A stretch of DNA of 64,000 bases from Zootoca vivipara (lineage: Eukaryota), in assembly GCF_963506605.1 (NCBI RefSeq), contig NC_083288.1, positions 29,016,001 through 29,080,000 on the forward strand, in the 5' to 3' direction. Shown here piece by piece: positions 48,368-61,196 of this stretch. The notes beneath the pieces were generated by a model, which saw nothing but the letters and a program-made list of their open reading frames with translations, was not told where the DNA came from and ran no database searches. The translations under genes and the position numbers were made by a program. How positions within the stretch are numbered: the stretch's first letter is position 1; every line of letters begins with the position of its first letter.

Positions 48368-49477
48368 CCTGGGAACTGTGGTTCCCACCTCACAGTGCTA
48401 TAATTCTCAGCATATTTAGCAAACTACAATTTCTTGGATTTTTTTTTGGCGGAAGTTCATCTTTCCATGGATGGGTGTGGCACTTTCCTCTGGGATCTGG
48501 AACACAGAGCATTTGGCATAAAACTGAAAGGAGAGATTAAGCTATCTCTTGTGTCATGCAGTATAACAGGGGTGGAAACATTGGTCAACACTTGTAGGGA
48601 TTGGAAAGCTGTGCCTCTCCAGGTGTTGTTGGACTACAACCCCCATCATCCCTGACTTTTGGCCATGCTGACTGAGGCTGATGGGAGTTTCAGTCCAGCA
48701 ATATCTGGAGGCCAGAGCTTCCCTATCCCAGACAGGGAGACATCTTCAGTGTGAAGTTAATAGCTTCCCAACCTACCCCTGACTACCAGCTGACTTGAGG
48801 TGACTGAAGGGAACATCCCTTTGGTCATGGCCATGGGTGCTTCCCTCCCCCCTTTATGATACCAAAGCTGACCCTCCACACAAACAAACCTCTTTCAAAT
48901 CAAGATCAGAAACAGGCAGGCTGGAAATAGGTATGTTTTGCTTTCATGTGTCAGACTGTAATTTCCAGACAGTTTTAAAGGAATGGCAGATTTAGGAATG
49001 AAACTGTGTCATTATGCAGTTCATGATTACTGCTGATTCTGGGTGCTGCTGCTCTACACTCATTGGATAGTTTCTTCAAATACTGACAAGATTAAAACCA
49101 GGACACTTGGTGGCAGCACAGAATAAGAAATGCACCCTAGCTAGCAAATGCATCACGTTATTATGATGGGGGGTGAATAGTTGCATTTATTTTTCTCCAA
49201 AACTAAGCCCATTCCAACACAGAATTAGCTCCAGGAAAGGTTTTGTGACTAATGCTAAAATTCTGTTCATGTTAATTCAGAGCTCTATCCCACTGTTTTC
49301 AATAGGGCTTAAGTATGTTCAGAATTGTAAGCTAAGGCCAATTCTGTGCACACCTTCTTGAGAGTAAACCCCATTGAATGCAGTAAATAATAGTATTGTG
49401 CCTGCCAATCCCCTCATTTTCTTTTTCTCCCCCCTCCTCTTTTTACAATTCCTGGGTCTTTAATGACAGCTTGCCAA

Positions 49478-49740
49478 GAAGAAGAGGAGGAGGAGTAGTA
49501 GTAGTTTGGATTTGATATCCCGCTTTATCACTACCCTAAGGAGTCTCAAAGTGGCTAACATTCTCCTTTCCCTTCCTCCCCCACAACAAACACTCTGTGA
49601 GGTGAGTGGGGCTGAGAGACTTCAGATAAGTGTGACTAGCCCAAGGTCACCCAGCAGCTGCATGTGGAGGAGCGGAGACGCAAACCCAGTTCCCCAGATT
49701 ATGAGTCTACCACTCTTAACCACTACACCACACTGGCTCT
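49478..49740 (-). mobile_element. Squam3-type SINE
   Basis: Reverse complement of the 11892 element, with a simple-repeat tail. Confidence 0.82.
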
Positions 49741-49960
49741 CAGCCAGGATGCTTGCCTCTTTATTGTGAATAAATTCACCTGTGATTTCTGTAGATCAAT
49801 TTACTGTTAAAGGCACGAGCAGGCCCCGTTATTTTCCTTGTTGTCATTCCTATTTTTGCTGTGCCATATTGTATGCTGCTATACACAGTGATTGGGTTGT
49901 CTGAAACCAATGGGATGATGAAGCAGCAAAGCATGCAGTATTTGGGAAATACTAAATCAG

Positions 49961-50306
49961 GTGGTACGTGGGTTAAACCACTGAGCCTAGGGCTTGCCGA
50001 ACAGAAGGTCGGCGGTTCGAATCCCTGCGACGGGGTGAGCTCCTGTTGCTTGGTCCCAGCTCCTGCCAACCTAGCAGTTCAAAAGCACGTCAAAGTGCAA
50101 GTAGATAAATAGGAATCGCTACAAGCGGGAAGGTAAATGGTGTTTCCGTGTGCTGCTCTGGTTCGCCAGAAGCGGCTTTGTCATGCTGGCCACATGACCC
50201 GAAAGCTGTACGCTGGATCCCTCGGCCTGAAAGCGAGATGAGCGCTGCAACCCCAGAGTCGGTCACAACTGGACCTAATGGTCAGGGGTCCCTTTACCTT
50301 TACCTT
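49961..50306 (+). mobile_element. Sauria SINE
   Basis: TSD TAAATCAG; (ACCTTT)n tail. Confidence 0.88.
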
Positions 50307-51453
50307 TAAATCAGACCAAAGGCCCATATAGTCCACCATCCAGTTCTTACAGTGGTCAACCAGATGTTAATTGGAAGCTTGCAAGCAGGACCTGAGTGCA
50401 GTAGCGCTTTCCTGACCAGTGATTTCCAGCAGCTGGTATTCAGAGACATACTGCCTATGACATTAGTACGTAGGTATCATGTCTAGTAATCACTGACTCC
50501 ATGAATTTGTCTTTTAAAACCATCCAAGCAACTATGATAGTGTTTGTTTTCACACATCTCCTGCCTCCCAAATTTTCTTTTCACCTATACGTTTTTAAAG
50601 CAGACTGATTTGATATAAATTTTATATTGTAAAATATCCCAGACACAGAACAGAATCTATGTCAAAGACCTGATTGTTTTGGGTGGTCGGAGGGCATGGC
50701 AGGAAGAGAGAGGAAAGGAAATGTGTTCAGGGAGCAAGCCTGTTGTCAAATGTTTTGAGTTGTCCAGCTGTAAAAGCAGGGAGGGAGCAAATGTGTCCCC
50801 CCCCCCGAAAACATATTTGAAAGCTTTTCCAACAATAAATAAACAAACAAACAAGAAAGAGAACATATATCAATCTATCATGCATGTTTACTCAGAGAAG
50901 TAAGTGTAATAAATTTTATTTCCATTTAGAACTGAATCATCTATTATTCTTCATGTGACTCTTCATTATTGTATTAGACAATCGAATAAATCTAAATACA
51001 TATGCATATGATAAAAATAGTTACAAAGGAGGAAAAGTGTAATATCACCCAGAGTGTGGTTTCGTGGATAAAGCAATGCATATTCATCTATCTACCTACC
51101 AACCCGCCATCCAAAGTGATTCAGTTCATAAGAATATATTCACAGCTGCACTTCAAAATACTAACACAACTAATAATAATAATAATTGTAAAGTTCTATA
51201 GCCAGTAATCCCTCTATCATTTATTTATTTGGGTATTTATATGCTGCTTTTCAAGCCAAAAAAAACTTTCACTAAGTACTATACAATATATCTAACAAAG
51301 TAGGTAAATACAATTTTTGAAACAAATCTTCTTGGTAGTTGCCTGAAGCAGCTTTTTGTTTTGGTTTGTTATCATGGTATGTATTTTTTGGTTTTTTATA
51401 TTGTAAACAATAGGCAATCTTTGGCTGAAGGGTAATATAGAAATGTAATAAAT

Positions 51454-51504
<51 letters not shown>
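51454..51504 (+). repeat. (GATA)n microsatellite
   Basis: Directly visible. Confidence 0.95.
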
Positions 51505-51506
<2 letters not shown>

Positions 51507-52773
51507 CTTGTCATAGTATGGTCCATTCATGGGTATAATTGGTAACATGTCTTCAACAGATATTCCACAGTTGTTGTCTTCAATGGACATGACAAAGTTG
51601 TCCTTATTACCCCAAAACTAGTAAAGCTTTCCTGGAAGGACTGCATGATCTAGCTCACCCTTTCTTCCTACCCTTACTTGGCTCAAAGAAGAGACCATGG
51701 GATAGTAAGAGAAGATTTTGTGGGAGCCATCAAGACCACACTTGCAGCTGGCACACTTTAGAGCCATAAAGATCCCTCAGGTGACATTGACATAACAAAA
51801 ATATTGCGTATAAGCTCAGTCTGATGCTATGATCCTAGGCCTTTTGGCCTTTTTGCCAGATCATAGGACTCCATCTTGGTAATGCTCCCATGCTCATTTG
51901 TACACTTGTGTAACTATTTCACTGATGTTGTAGCTTTTGTTGTCTTCAGGCAAAAGGGCTAAGACTGGATACAGGTAATAAACCAACCTTGTTGAAGCAA
52001 AATAGGCCTGGGTTTGGCCAATGTTTGCTTGCACAATTCCATGCAGGCTGCCTGAATAGGATTAAAATGCCTCTCAGCTTTCCCATCTCTTATTTGATTT
52101 CACAGTTCATACATTACAATAAAGCCAAAGATTGACACACAGTACATATTTTAATGGTATCTAGTTTTGAATAACATTCTTTTCTCTCTTCAGCTCTAAA
52201 TTCTTTTGTATTTGTTGTCTTCCCTCAAACAAATAACTCTTCAAATTATCAACTGGGTCAAATAAATCATCAAAGCTCATGCACCAAATGACTGCAAATT
52301 TTGACACATTTCTGTCATTCAGTTCTAACAGGCAACTTACAGATTGTGTGCCTCCTCCACAAGAGGATCAAAGGGTGGCAACATGAGAATGGACATTTTC
52401 TGTGGTGGTTCCCTACTTTCTTCTTCTCCCAGGCCTTTGGCTAATTAAACAATCAATCAATGGCCTTTACAGCTGGGCTGTGGGTGTTGTTTTTCTTCAT
52501 TATGATGGTATGCATTTTTGCATGTTTATACAAAAATACTGCCCATAATCCTCAGATGAAGGATGGTATAGTAATTTAATTAAGCAATTAAGCAATTAAT
52601 TAATACACATGACGCTAGGTTATGGTTATGATTAATCAAGGTTTATAAACCAACAACAGGCTTCAAAGTGTGGCTTCTTCATACTTAATCAATGATGCTT
52701 AAGCCAGTGGGTCAGGTTGAAACCGTGGCTTAGCATTAAGTGTGAACCAGGCCTATGTTTTGAGCCTGTAGAT

Positions 52774-52909
52774 CAGGCATCCCCAAACTGCGGCCCTCCA
52801 GATGTTTTGGCCTACAACTCCCATGATCCCTCGCTTACAGGACCAGTGGTCGGGGAAGATGGGAATTGTAGTCCAAAACATCTGGAGGGCCGAAGTTTGG
52901 AGATGCCTG
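52774..52909. mobile_element. 136-bp hAT MITE
   Basis: TSD CTGTAGAT; TIR CAGGCATC(C/T)CCAAACT. Confidence 0.87.
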
Positions 52910-53018
52910 CTGTAGATTTATCTTGTTAATAGGAAGATAATGTTAATCTATGCAATGATTCAGTCACATTATACATTGTGCAATCACTTGAACCACCAAG
53001 ACATTTATTAGAAGAAAA

Positions 53019-53954
53019 CTACTCTCTCTGGAAGAGCCTTCTGCCTACTAGCTTTGCAAGAGCCTCTTTAACATCAGTGTTTCTCAGGGAGTATATGAGC
53101 GGGTTGAGGACTGGAGTTACTACTGAGTAAAGGATAGCAATAATCTTGTCTTCTTCTAAGGAATAGGCTGAGGCAGGCCGAAGGAAAGTGTAGATAATTG
53201 TGGAATAGTAAAAGCTTACAACTAAGAGATGGGAAGAACATGTAGAGAAGGCTTTCTTCTTCCCTTCTGTTGAGCGGATTTTGACTATGGTTCTTAGGAT
53301 AAATCCATACGATGTTAATGTTAAGGCACAACTACCTATTGCAATTAGCACAGAAGCTGCAAAAACCATCATTTCATTCAGACTTGTGTCTGAGCAAGAG
53401 ATCTTGAACATAGGTGGTAACTCACAGAAGAAATGGTTGATGATGTTGGAGTTACAGAAGGAAAGCTGTGCTACTAATCCTGTGTGTACTGCAGAATTTA
53501 CCAAGCCTATTAGCCACAGTCCAGCCATTGCCCCAATGCAAAACTCAGTCCTCATGATGATTGAGTACTGGAAAGGATGGCAGATAGCAGCATAGCGGTC
53601 AAAAGCCATGAATGCAAGGAGCAGGAGCTCAGTCCCTAGAGCCAAGGTGAAGAGAAAGACCTGTGCAATGCAACTGGGAAGTGCAATTGTCTTTCTTGGT
53701 GCAAAAATAGTTTGCAGCATTTTGGGAACTGTAACAGAAATAGAACACACATTTATTATAGACAAATTGATGAGAAGAAAATACATTGGTGTGTGGAGCT
53801 TGCTACACGTGCAGATGGCAAGGATGATGAGGACATTGCCTACCAATGCTGCTGCATAGATGAAGGTGAATGCCCAAAATATAAATATCTGATGTTCAGA
53901 GGAACTGGAAAGACCCTCCAGGATGAACTCCGTAATGGTAGAATGGTTTTTCAT
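53019..53954 (-). CDS. Olfactory receptor, OR13G1-like (311 aa)
   Basis: ATG 53954 (MKNHST) after an acceptor at ~53979; LHTPMYFLL, LGTELLLLAFMAFDRYAAIC, HFFCELPP, RSTEGKKKAFSTCSSHL, IYTFLRPASAYS. Confidence 0.93.
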   Translation of the reverse strand: MKNHSTITEFILEGLSSSSEHQIFIFWAFTFIYAAALVGNVLIILAICTCSKLHTPMYFLLINLSIINVCSISVTVPKMLQTIFAPRKTIALPSCIAQVFLFTLALGTELLLLAFMAFDRYAAICHPFQYSIIMRTEFCIGAMAGLWLIGLVNSAVHTGLVAQLSFCNSNIINHFFCELPPMFKISCSDTSLNEMMVFAASVLIAIGSCALTLTSYGFILRTIVKIRSTEGKKKAFSTCSSHLLVVSFYYSTIIYTFLRPASAYSLEEDKIIAILYSVVTPVLNPLIYSLRNTDVKEALAKLVGRRLFQRE

Positions 53955-55379
53955 TTCCAACACTGTGACTCTGCAGACCTAGACAAATAAATCACTCTAT
54001 GTAGAGACCATACCAGTTGATAGGAGAGATCCCTCATTCAGAAAAGAAAACTTTCCACATGTTGGCATTTAAGTAAAGGGTAGTAAAAAAAGACTAACAG
54101 GCTACTTGCTAAGTTTTAAAATAATGATAGGCAGCAAATACTGTTCACAGTGAAATCCTATGCACATCTGCTCAGAAACAAACCCACTAAATTCAATAGA
54201 ACTTAATCTGAGTTAAGTATGTACAAGAGTGCAGTTTTACTATTTGCAGAATTGTATATTTAAACTGGGATCTGAAGAGCAACTGAAGCTCACACAAGAT
54301 GATTTAAATAGGCCCATTTAGTCATTTGCAACTTTTTTAAACCTCTAAACAGCTGGTCCTAATATGATTTCTGGCTACTTGTGAGCATTTATTGTATATA
54401 TGTTGTTGTGAAAATAAATAAATTGCAACTAGGATTTGGAAGAAATTCAATTCAGTTCATATTTAAAGGCAAGCCTATCTAATTTGCGCTTCCTGAAACA
54501 ACAAACCAAAACACAGCCATTCTTCAAAATTCACAATTCTCCAGATTTTGCAGTGAAATTCTGCATCCAAGTGATGTGTACAAAAATCCATACATTGGGA
54601 TATAGTGTACATACAAATGCATTTATTTGTGAAAATATGCAAAAAAAAATCCCTACTTGAAGGAAAATTGTTTACAAAATATATATATTAGGGAAATTGT
54701 ATGGAATAATGTACATTTTGAGAAATTCTCACATACATGATAAATTTTCATTAGGAGTTGTTTTGTTGTTTTAAGCAAACTGATGTAGAAATGTGGAGAA
54801 CTGAATTTAAGACTAGAGAGATTAGAAACTGTAACTGACAGATGCCCCCATCCTTAGTTTAAACTTTACCCTTTTGTGATCTGAATTTTTGTTAATGATT
54901 ACATAGTCTGTTTTGCCAATACACCCAAGAAGACTCGAGACAAGAAAGATGGGCAACAGGTTATATTTATTACATTATAACTGTAGAATTTGCTATCAGA
55001 ATAATCCAACCCAATTAACCAAAACCTATCTAAAACAAAGAAGGAAAGACCAAACTCTCACCTCAATTCCAGTTTTTTCTGGTGAAATGTTTCATAGTCT
55101 TCTCCTTAAACACATCAGTGTTCATGTTCACTATATTTGCTTGCTGGAAAGATTTACTGATATCCTTTGCATGTATTTCTAGGCAAACCATTATTGTATT
55201 ACCTTGGTGCTCATTTGACAAAAGCAGAACCATGTATACTTGGGCTCCACATACTTCCTTAAATAGGATGTGGGTGCCATTGGGAAAAACAAAAGACATT
55301 TGAGATTTCTTGAGAATCATAGTTACAGCTGCGTCCCTATCTGGACAGGGATAGCCTAACTTCATCTATGCTCTTGTGA

Positions 55380-56030
55380 CCTCTAGGTTAGGAACTCTGA
55401 AGATGGTTCAGAAATTTCAGCTGGTACAGAATTTGGTGGCCAGGTTGGTCACTTGGGCAGGCAAGACAGTTTGAGTATATTACACCAATCCTGACCTGAC
55501 TGCACTAGCTGCCAATTAGTTTCCATGCTAGGGTTTCCAGACTCAATAGAGGGCAGGACTTCTGTGCCTTTAATTGCCCTGCTCTCTTTTGAGTCTGGAA
55601 ACCTTAAAGAGAAACCAGCAGACCCTTTGCTTGGAAATTAAACAAAGGGTCTGCTGGTTTCTCTTTAAGGTTTCCAGACTCAAAAGAGAGCAGGGCAATT
55701 AAAGGCACAGAAGTCCTGTCCTCTATTGAGTCTGGAAACCCTATTCCATGCCCAATTCAAAGTGCTGGCTTTGACTTACATAGCCATAAACAGATCAGGA
55801 CAGCAATACCTCAAGGACCACCTCTCCTGATATGAACCGACCTGGATCCTGCAATCATCATCTGATGCCGTCCTTCATTTGTCCCCTCCATGAGAGGCCC
55901 AGAGGGTGGAAACATGAAAATAGGCCTTTTCTGCTGTGGCTCCTACCCTGTAGAATTCTCTCCCCGCACCTTCATTATACATCTTTAGGCAACAGGTGAA
56001 AATGTTCCTCTTCAACCAGGTGTCTTGCTG
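55380..56030 (+). mobile_element. Degenerate L2 3' fragment hosting the palindromic MITE
   Basis: cagctggtacagaat...attacacca...gcccaattcaaagtgctgg matches the L2 ORF2 C-terminus. Confidence 0.65.
55529..55743. mobile_element. 215-bp palindromic (foldback) hAT-type MITE
   Basis: 101-bp arms with one mismatch around a 13-nt spacer; TAGGG...CCCTA ends; TSD TTCCATGC (55521-55528 and 55744-55751). Confidence 0.9.
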
Positions 56031-56084
56031 ATCAACATTCTATGGGCAGAGCGGCACCGCAAAAAACGGGATACTTGGAAGCTA

Positions 56085-56256
56085 AGTACTAGGGTCAACC
56101 CCCAACTTCCAATCCCAAAGATTACATCTGCCATAATAGCCACAATCTCATTCAGGCTGATGTTGGAGCATGACAGCTTTAAAATTAGACGAAGTTCACA
56201 GAAAAAAAATGATTGATGATGTCAGTATTGCAGTAGGACAGATGCAGCAGAAGTAA
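56085..56256 (-). pseudogene. OR13G-like pseudogene fragment (ECL2-TM5) with frameshift
   Basis: Reverse complement reads LLHLSYCNTDIINHF[frameshift in T8 run]FCELRLILKLSCSNISLNEIVAIMADVIFGIGSWGLTL, homologous to the ORs at 57170 and 63025; flanked by repeat-derived DNA. Confidence 0.82.
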
Positions 56257-57169
56257 AGGGTGAATGGCAGAAGCAACTATTCCTTCCTCTCCTCCTACGC
56301 GTCTTGTTGTTGCATCCCACCCCATCACTATTACCTCATCAAGGAGCAAGGGAGACAAGTGGCAATGCCACATGCCAGAACAGCCCCACTTTCATTGAAC
56401 TTGGTGAGAGGAGGGCATGTTCTCCAGGGCGTTGATGCTCATCTTGTCTGCCCCAGCAGGGCACAATTTTTAACTCCAGTGCTATTTCACATTGATATGA
56501 GGCCTCCTAAAGCAGCATTTAAGTGCTGTGTGTCAATATACTATCATATTGTCAGGATGCTGATGACACTCAACTCTGTTTCTGCATAACCTGTGAATAA
56601 GGAAGAGCATTGTGGGCTTGGAGACAGTGGTGGGAAGGATGTGGGAAAATATGTTTAGCTTCAATCTTTCACTCGCTAAGGCTTCTCAATAATCTTCTGC
56701 CTGCGAAAAAGGAAGATTATTCTCCAATCTGGTGAGAGATAAGGTTGGATGACAAGAAAGAATGATGAACAAAATATAGCAGGTTGGTGCCTGAGAACAT
56801 TTAAAGGCTGCCCTACTTGAGAAGGAACACGGTAAATATAGCTACAGGTTTTTAGCTATGACATGATGGAAAAACCAACTTCTACAGTAATATCATTGCT
56901 TGTTAAAGCACTTATGAAGGACTCCTCTATGAAATCACATCATTTCCTCTTCAAAAACCATTCTAGTGGTGAAAAGGAAGAATTTAGTGTTAACTTTTAT
57001 GTATTTTTAATGAAATCTATTATCTATTAGAGAGAGAATCATGAAAGCCTAAATCATAAGTTCTGCAATCGAGTTCTGAAGAACTGGAGCATATTTGACT
57101 GTGCATGAAGTAATCAGTTTACTGATTCCAGTTTTCCAATAGTATTTATAAGAAATATACGTAGATCAA

Positions 57170-58120
57170 TCAACCTTGAGGAATTTGAAGCAGCCTTCCT
57201 CTTCCAGTAATTTTCTTGAATGCATCTTTGAAATCTTTGTTTCTCAGTGAATATACGACTGGGTTAACAATTGGGGTTACCACTGTATAAAGGAGAGAAA
57301 CAAATTTGTCTCGGTCTAGAGAGTAGTCAGAGGTGGGCCTGATATATGTGTAGATGACTGAGGAGAAGTAAAAACTGACTACAATGAGATGCGAGGAGCA
57401 TGTGGAGAAAGCCTTTTTCTTGCCTTCAGTGGAACGAATTTTGAGGATACTTCTTATGATAAATGAGTATGATGCTAGGGTCAACCCACAGCTACAAATC
57501 CCAAAAACCACATCTGCCGCAACAGCCATAGTCTCATTCAGACTAGTGTCAGAGCAGGAGAGCTTTAAAAGTGGAGGAACATCACAGAAGAAATGGTTGA
57601 TGATGTTAGAGCTGCAAAAGGAGAGCTTCAGCATGAGTCCAGCATGAACAGCAGAGTTGAACATTCCAGCAACCCACACTCCACTTGCTATTCCAACACA
57701 TACTTCCTTCCTCATAATGACTGTGTACTGCAGAGGATGGCAAATAGCAGCATAGCGGTCAAAAGCCATAAATGACAGAAGTAAAAGCTCTGTACCCAAA
57801 GCCCATATGAACAGATACACCTGTGTGATGCAACCATAAAAGGAGATGCTATTCGTATGGGTCCAAAGATTCTGAAGCAATTTAGGAATTGTAACAGAGA
57901 TGGAGAACACGTTCACTAAGGACAGGTTAACAAGCAGGAAATACATGGGAGAGTGGAGTTTTTGGCAAGAGTATATGGTAAAGATTAGGAGGAAATTACT
58001 GCCTAAAGCAATAGCATAGATGAATGTGAATAAACCAAAGAGAAATGTCTGGAGTTCTGGGGAGCTGATCAGACCAACCAGTATAAATTCCATAGTAACC
58101 GACTGGTTCTTCATGTCCAT
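57170..58120 (-). CDS. Olfactory receptor, OR13G1-like (316 aa)
   Basis: Intact ORF; WALGTELLLLSFMAFDRYAAIC, HFFCDVPPLLKLSCSD, KAFSTCSSHL, IYTYIRP, NPVVYSLRN. Confidence 0.95.
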   Translation of the reverse strand: MDMKNQSVTMEFILVGLISSPELQTFLFGLFTFIYAIALGSNFLLIFTIYSCQKLHSPMYFLLVNLSLVNVFSISVTIPKLLQNLWTHTNSISFYGCITQVYLFIWALGTELLLLSFMAFDRYAAICHPLQYTVIMRKEVCVGIASGVWVAGMFNSAVHAGLMLKLSFCSSNIINHFFCDVPPLLKLSCSDTSLNETMAVAADVVFGICSCGLTLASYSFIIRSILKIRSTEGKKKAFSTCSSHLIVVSFYFSSVIYTYIRPTSDYSLDRDKFVSLLYTVVTPIVNPVVYSLRNKDFKDAFKKITGRGRLLQIPQG

Positions 58121-58203
58121 ATCTCTGATGTTACTTTCCTAAACAAATGAATTCTATTAAGTTGAATTAATGATCAAGATTGATCCATATTCTCTGTATT
58201 ACA

Positions 58204-58250
58204 TCCCTCCCTCCCTCCCTCCCTCCCTCCCTCCTACCCTTCCCTCCCTC
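58204..58250 (+). repeat. (CCCT)n tract just upstream of an OR coding exon
   Basis: Directly visible; (GGGA)n on the gene strand. Confidence 0.85.
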
Positions 58251-59599
58251 CTACCCAAATGGAGAAGATTGACTGTTGCCTGAATTCAGTCCTTTTAAAA
58301 ATTATGGAAAACTGTGGTGGGAGCAGCAGCTGTGGTGAGGAGGGATTTTGAACTTCAGACAAATTGGCCAGTCTGCAGGTTTTTCACCTGTCTCGTAGTA
58401 TTCATCAAAACTTTGGACAGATAAGGCCTTGCATTGGCTTTTTAATTCAAGGATACACCATTGAAGGGGTCTGGGAAGTGGAGTTTCTGTCCAGGATTCC
58501 ATATGGGCCATGACACCCTTCTTTATGGCATACTGTTATGATTGCTCCTATTTGATATGTGTCAAATAGTACAAAATTCCTAAAAACATGTTTTCAGGTA
58601 AACTTAGCACCATTAGGGATCCTACACTTGAACTAAATGTCTCCAAAATCTGAGTTGCAAATCGGGAGGTCAAAAGGGGCTATTCCTATTCAGCAAAAGG
58701 GGCTACCAAACAGCTCTAGATATTCCCCTGTACAGTCATAGATGGTGTGCCTGCTGTTCCCTCACAACAAAGTGCCACACTTCATTACACCAGCCAGCTG
58801 ATATAAAATGAGAATGGGAGCACCAATGGCAAATCATTCCTAACTTAGCAGCAACTTTTAAGGGGGAAATGATCTGTTTGTAAATCACCTGTAAATTACT
58901 GGGAAAATTGACAGTGGTGCCAGTGTAAGCTCTGGATGAATAATCTACATTAAAATTGTTGCGATTTTTTTTGGGAAGATATAAATGAATATTGTCACTA
59001 TTGGACATTACCACCACATGTGCCCAGCCTGCAACATTGCATCCGACACTCCATAGACAGCTCTCAGTTTATCTTTCCCAACTTGACCTATGAGCAATAC
59101 TACCAGAGCGTGACTTTTTACACAGATTCTTTGACTCATGCCAAAACCATGCAAAGTGGAAACTTAGGCCATCAAATTTCCATGCTCCCTTTAATAATCA
59201 TTTAAGAATCAATCAATTTATAATCAGAGTATACAGTTGTTTGTTGTCAAAAAAATATTAGCTGTAGGAAGGTGGGAAGATGAAATGAAATATTTACCTT
59301 CATATCTATTTTCATTTCTATTTTGTTTCCTGGTTTTCATTTGTTCATTTAATTCCCCTTTCTATAACTTACAGCCAATTGTCTGCTATCAGCCTGATGT
59401 CTGATGATAACTAGTTTTATGTCCTTGTAGAAATCCTTTCCAGTCAAAGCTAGCAGCCCCATTAAATATTTCTTTATGTGAAGTAATAGTGCCACTGGGA
59501 GCATGACATTTAAGACATCACATGCAAGATTAACATTGCTAATCATATTTCTGATGCAACATTTAGATACCTAAGGGGTAATCCACACTCCCTTAGAAG

Positions 59600-59683
59600 C
59601 ATAGCTGCCAAGTTTTCCCTTTTCTCGCGAGGAAGCCTATTCAGCATAAGGGAAAATCCCTTTTAAAAAGGGATAACTTGGCA
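59600..59683. mobile_element. 90-bp MITE family, truncated copy
   Basis: Reverse orientation of 1302-1391; right TIR incomplete. Confidence 0.75.
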
Positions 59684-60558
59684 AAGTAATAGCTTGGGTG
59701 ATTAATGCCATTGCTATTTGTGCTAATTCTACCACCAAACTAACAAACAGCTAACATGATGGGAAAGCATCAGAAAGAACCCATAAACAAAGCACAGTAT
59801 GTTCTTAAAAATAAAGTTATTGTTTTTGTGAGATGATGCAACAGTAATTATATTGGGTTTTTCTAGAAACAGTACTCAAAAGACTTTGCACTGATAGACA
59901 GAAATATCTTCAGTGAGCTTGTAAGAGCAAAGTATTTTGATTAAGATCTTTATATTCTGTTTTGCAATTGTTGCATTATATTGTATACATAATATAAAAC
60001 AGATTATAAAGAAGATTTAGAGCACAATCTTAAACTGATGATGGTAAGAGTGGAGTACTGAAGAGGCTCCTCCTGAGGCCCGAGGAACATTGCCCGGCTG
60101 TGAGGCATGGAGGCCTCTCCCCGCAATGCCTTTTCCACCTGGCCTAGGGGACGGGCCCACACTCACCAACCCTACTATTTGTTGTTAAAACTGGAAGAGC
60201 CCATGTTTTGCCCTTCAGTTGTTTTTGGAGTATAGCTCCCTCCCATATTCTGTTACCATTGGCTATGATGACGGGAATTGGACTCCAACAAAACCTGGAG
60301 GGCATGACACTGGTTTCTGTGTTAAAAGGTAATGGTAAAAAGTAAAGGACCCCTGGAGTGTTAAATCCAGTCAAAGGCGACTATGGGGTTGTCCACAGCT
60401 CATCTTGCTTTCAGGCTGAGGGAGCCAGGTTTCTACACAGACAGCTTTCCAGAGCATGTGGCCAGCAGGACTAAACCACTTCTGGCACAACGGAACACAG
60501 TGACAGAAACCAGAGCACACAGAAACACCATTTACCTTCCTTCCACAGCAGTGCCTAT

Positions 60559-60808
60559 CAGGGGTGTAGGAAGAGAGGGCCGGTGGGGGCAGTGCGCCCC
60601 GAGCGACGTGATCCCAGGGGCGCCATCGCCGCTGCCCATCCCACCCCCAAAAACATGCGTCCGGCCCCTGCGCACAGCGGGCCTTGCCCCAAAACGCGTG
60701 CCACGTCACTGCGCATGTCGAGCCCTGCCCCCAAAACGCACACCACATCATTGGGGGCAGCACACCTGCTCTCTGCCCCCAGGGGCGGAGCATGAAGCTC
60801 TGCTGCTG
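60559..60808. mobile_element. GC-rich hAT-type MITE
   Basis: TSD GTGCCTAT/GTACCTAT; homologous to 48072-48367. Confidence 0.8.
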
Positions 60809-60841
60809 GTACCTATTTATCTACCGGTACTTGCACTGGCA

Positions 60842-61196
60842 AGGACCCAGGTGGCGCTGTGGGTTAAACCACTGAGCCTAGGGCTTGCTGATCAGAAGGT
60901 TGGCGGTTCGAATCCCTGTGACGGGGTGAGCTCCCGTTGCTTGGTCCCAGCTCCTGCCAACCTAGCAGTTCGAAAGCACGTCAAAATGCAAGTAGATAAA
61001 TAGGAACCGCTACAGCGGGAAGGTAAACGGCGTTTCCCTTTTGCTGCTCTGGTTTGCCAGAAGTGGCTTTGTCATGCTGGCCACATGACCTGGAAGCTAT
61101 ACGCCGGCTCCCTCGGCCAATAATGTGAGATGAGCGCGCAACCCCAGAGTCGGTCACGACTGGACCTAATGGTCAGGGGTCCCTTTACCTTTACCT
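60842..61196 (+). mobile_element. Nested Sauria SINE
   Basis: 14-bp TSD TACTTGCACTGGCA (60828-60841 and 61197-61210). Confidence 0.88.

Noticed and set aside
60035-60110. CTGATGA and CTGAAGA motifs suggesting a hammerhead or C/D snoRNA
   Set aside because: No correctly placed GAAA and helix I; box spacing and terminal stem are not convincing.
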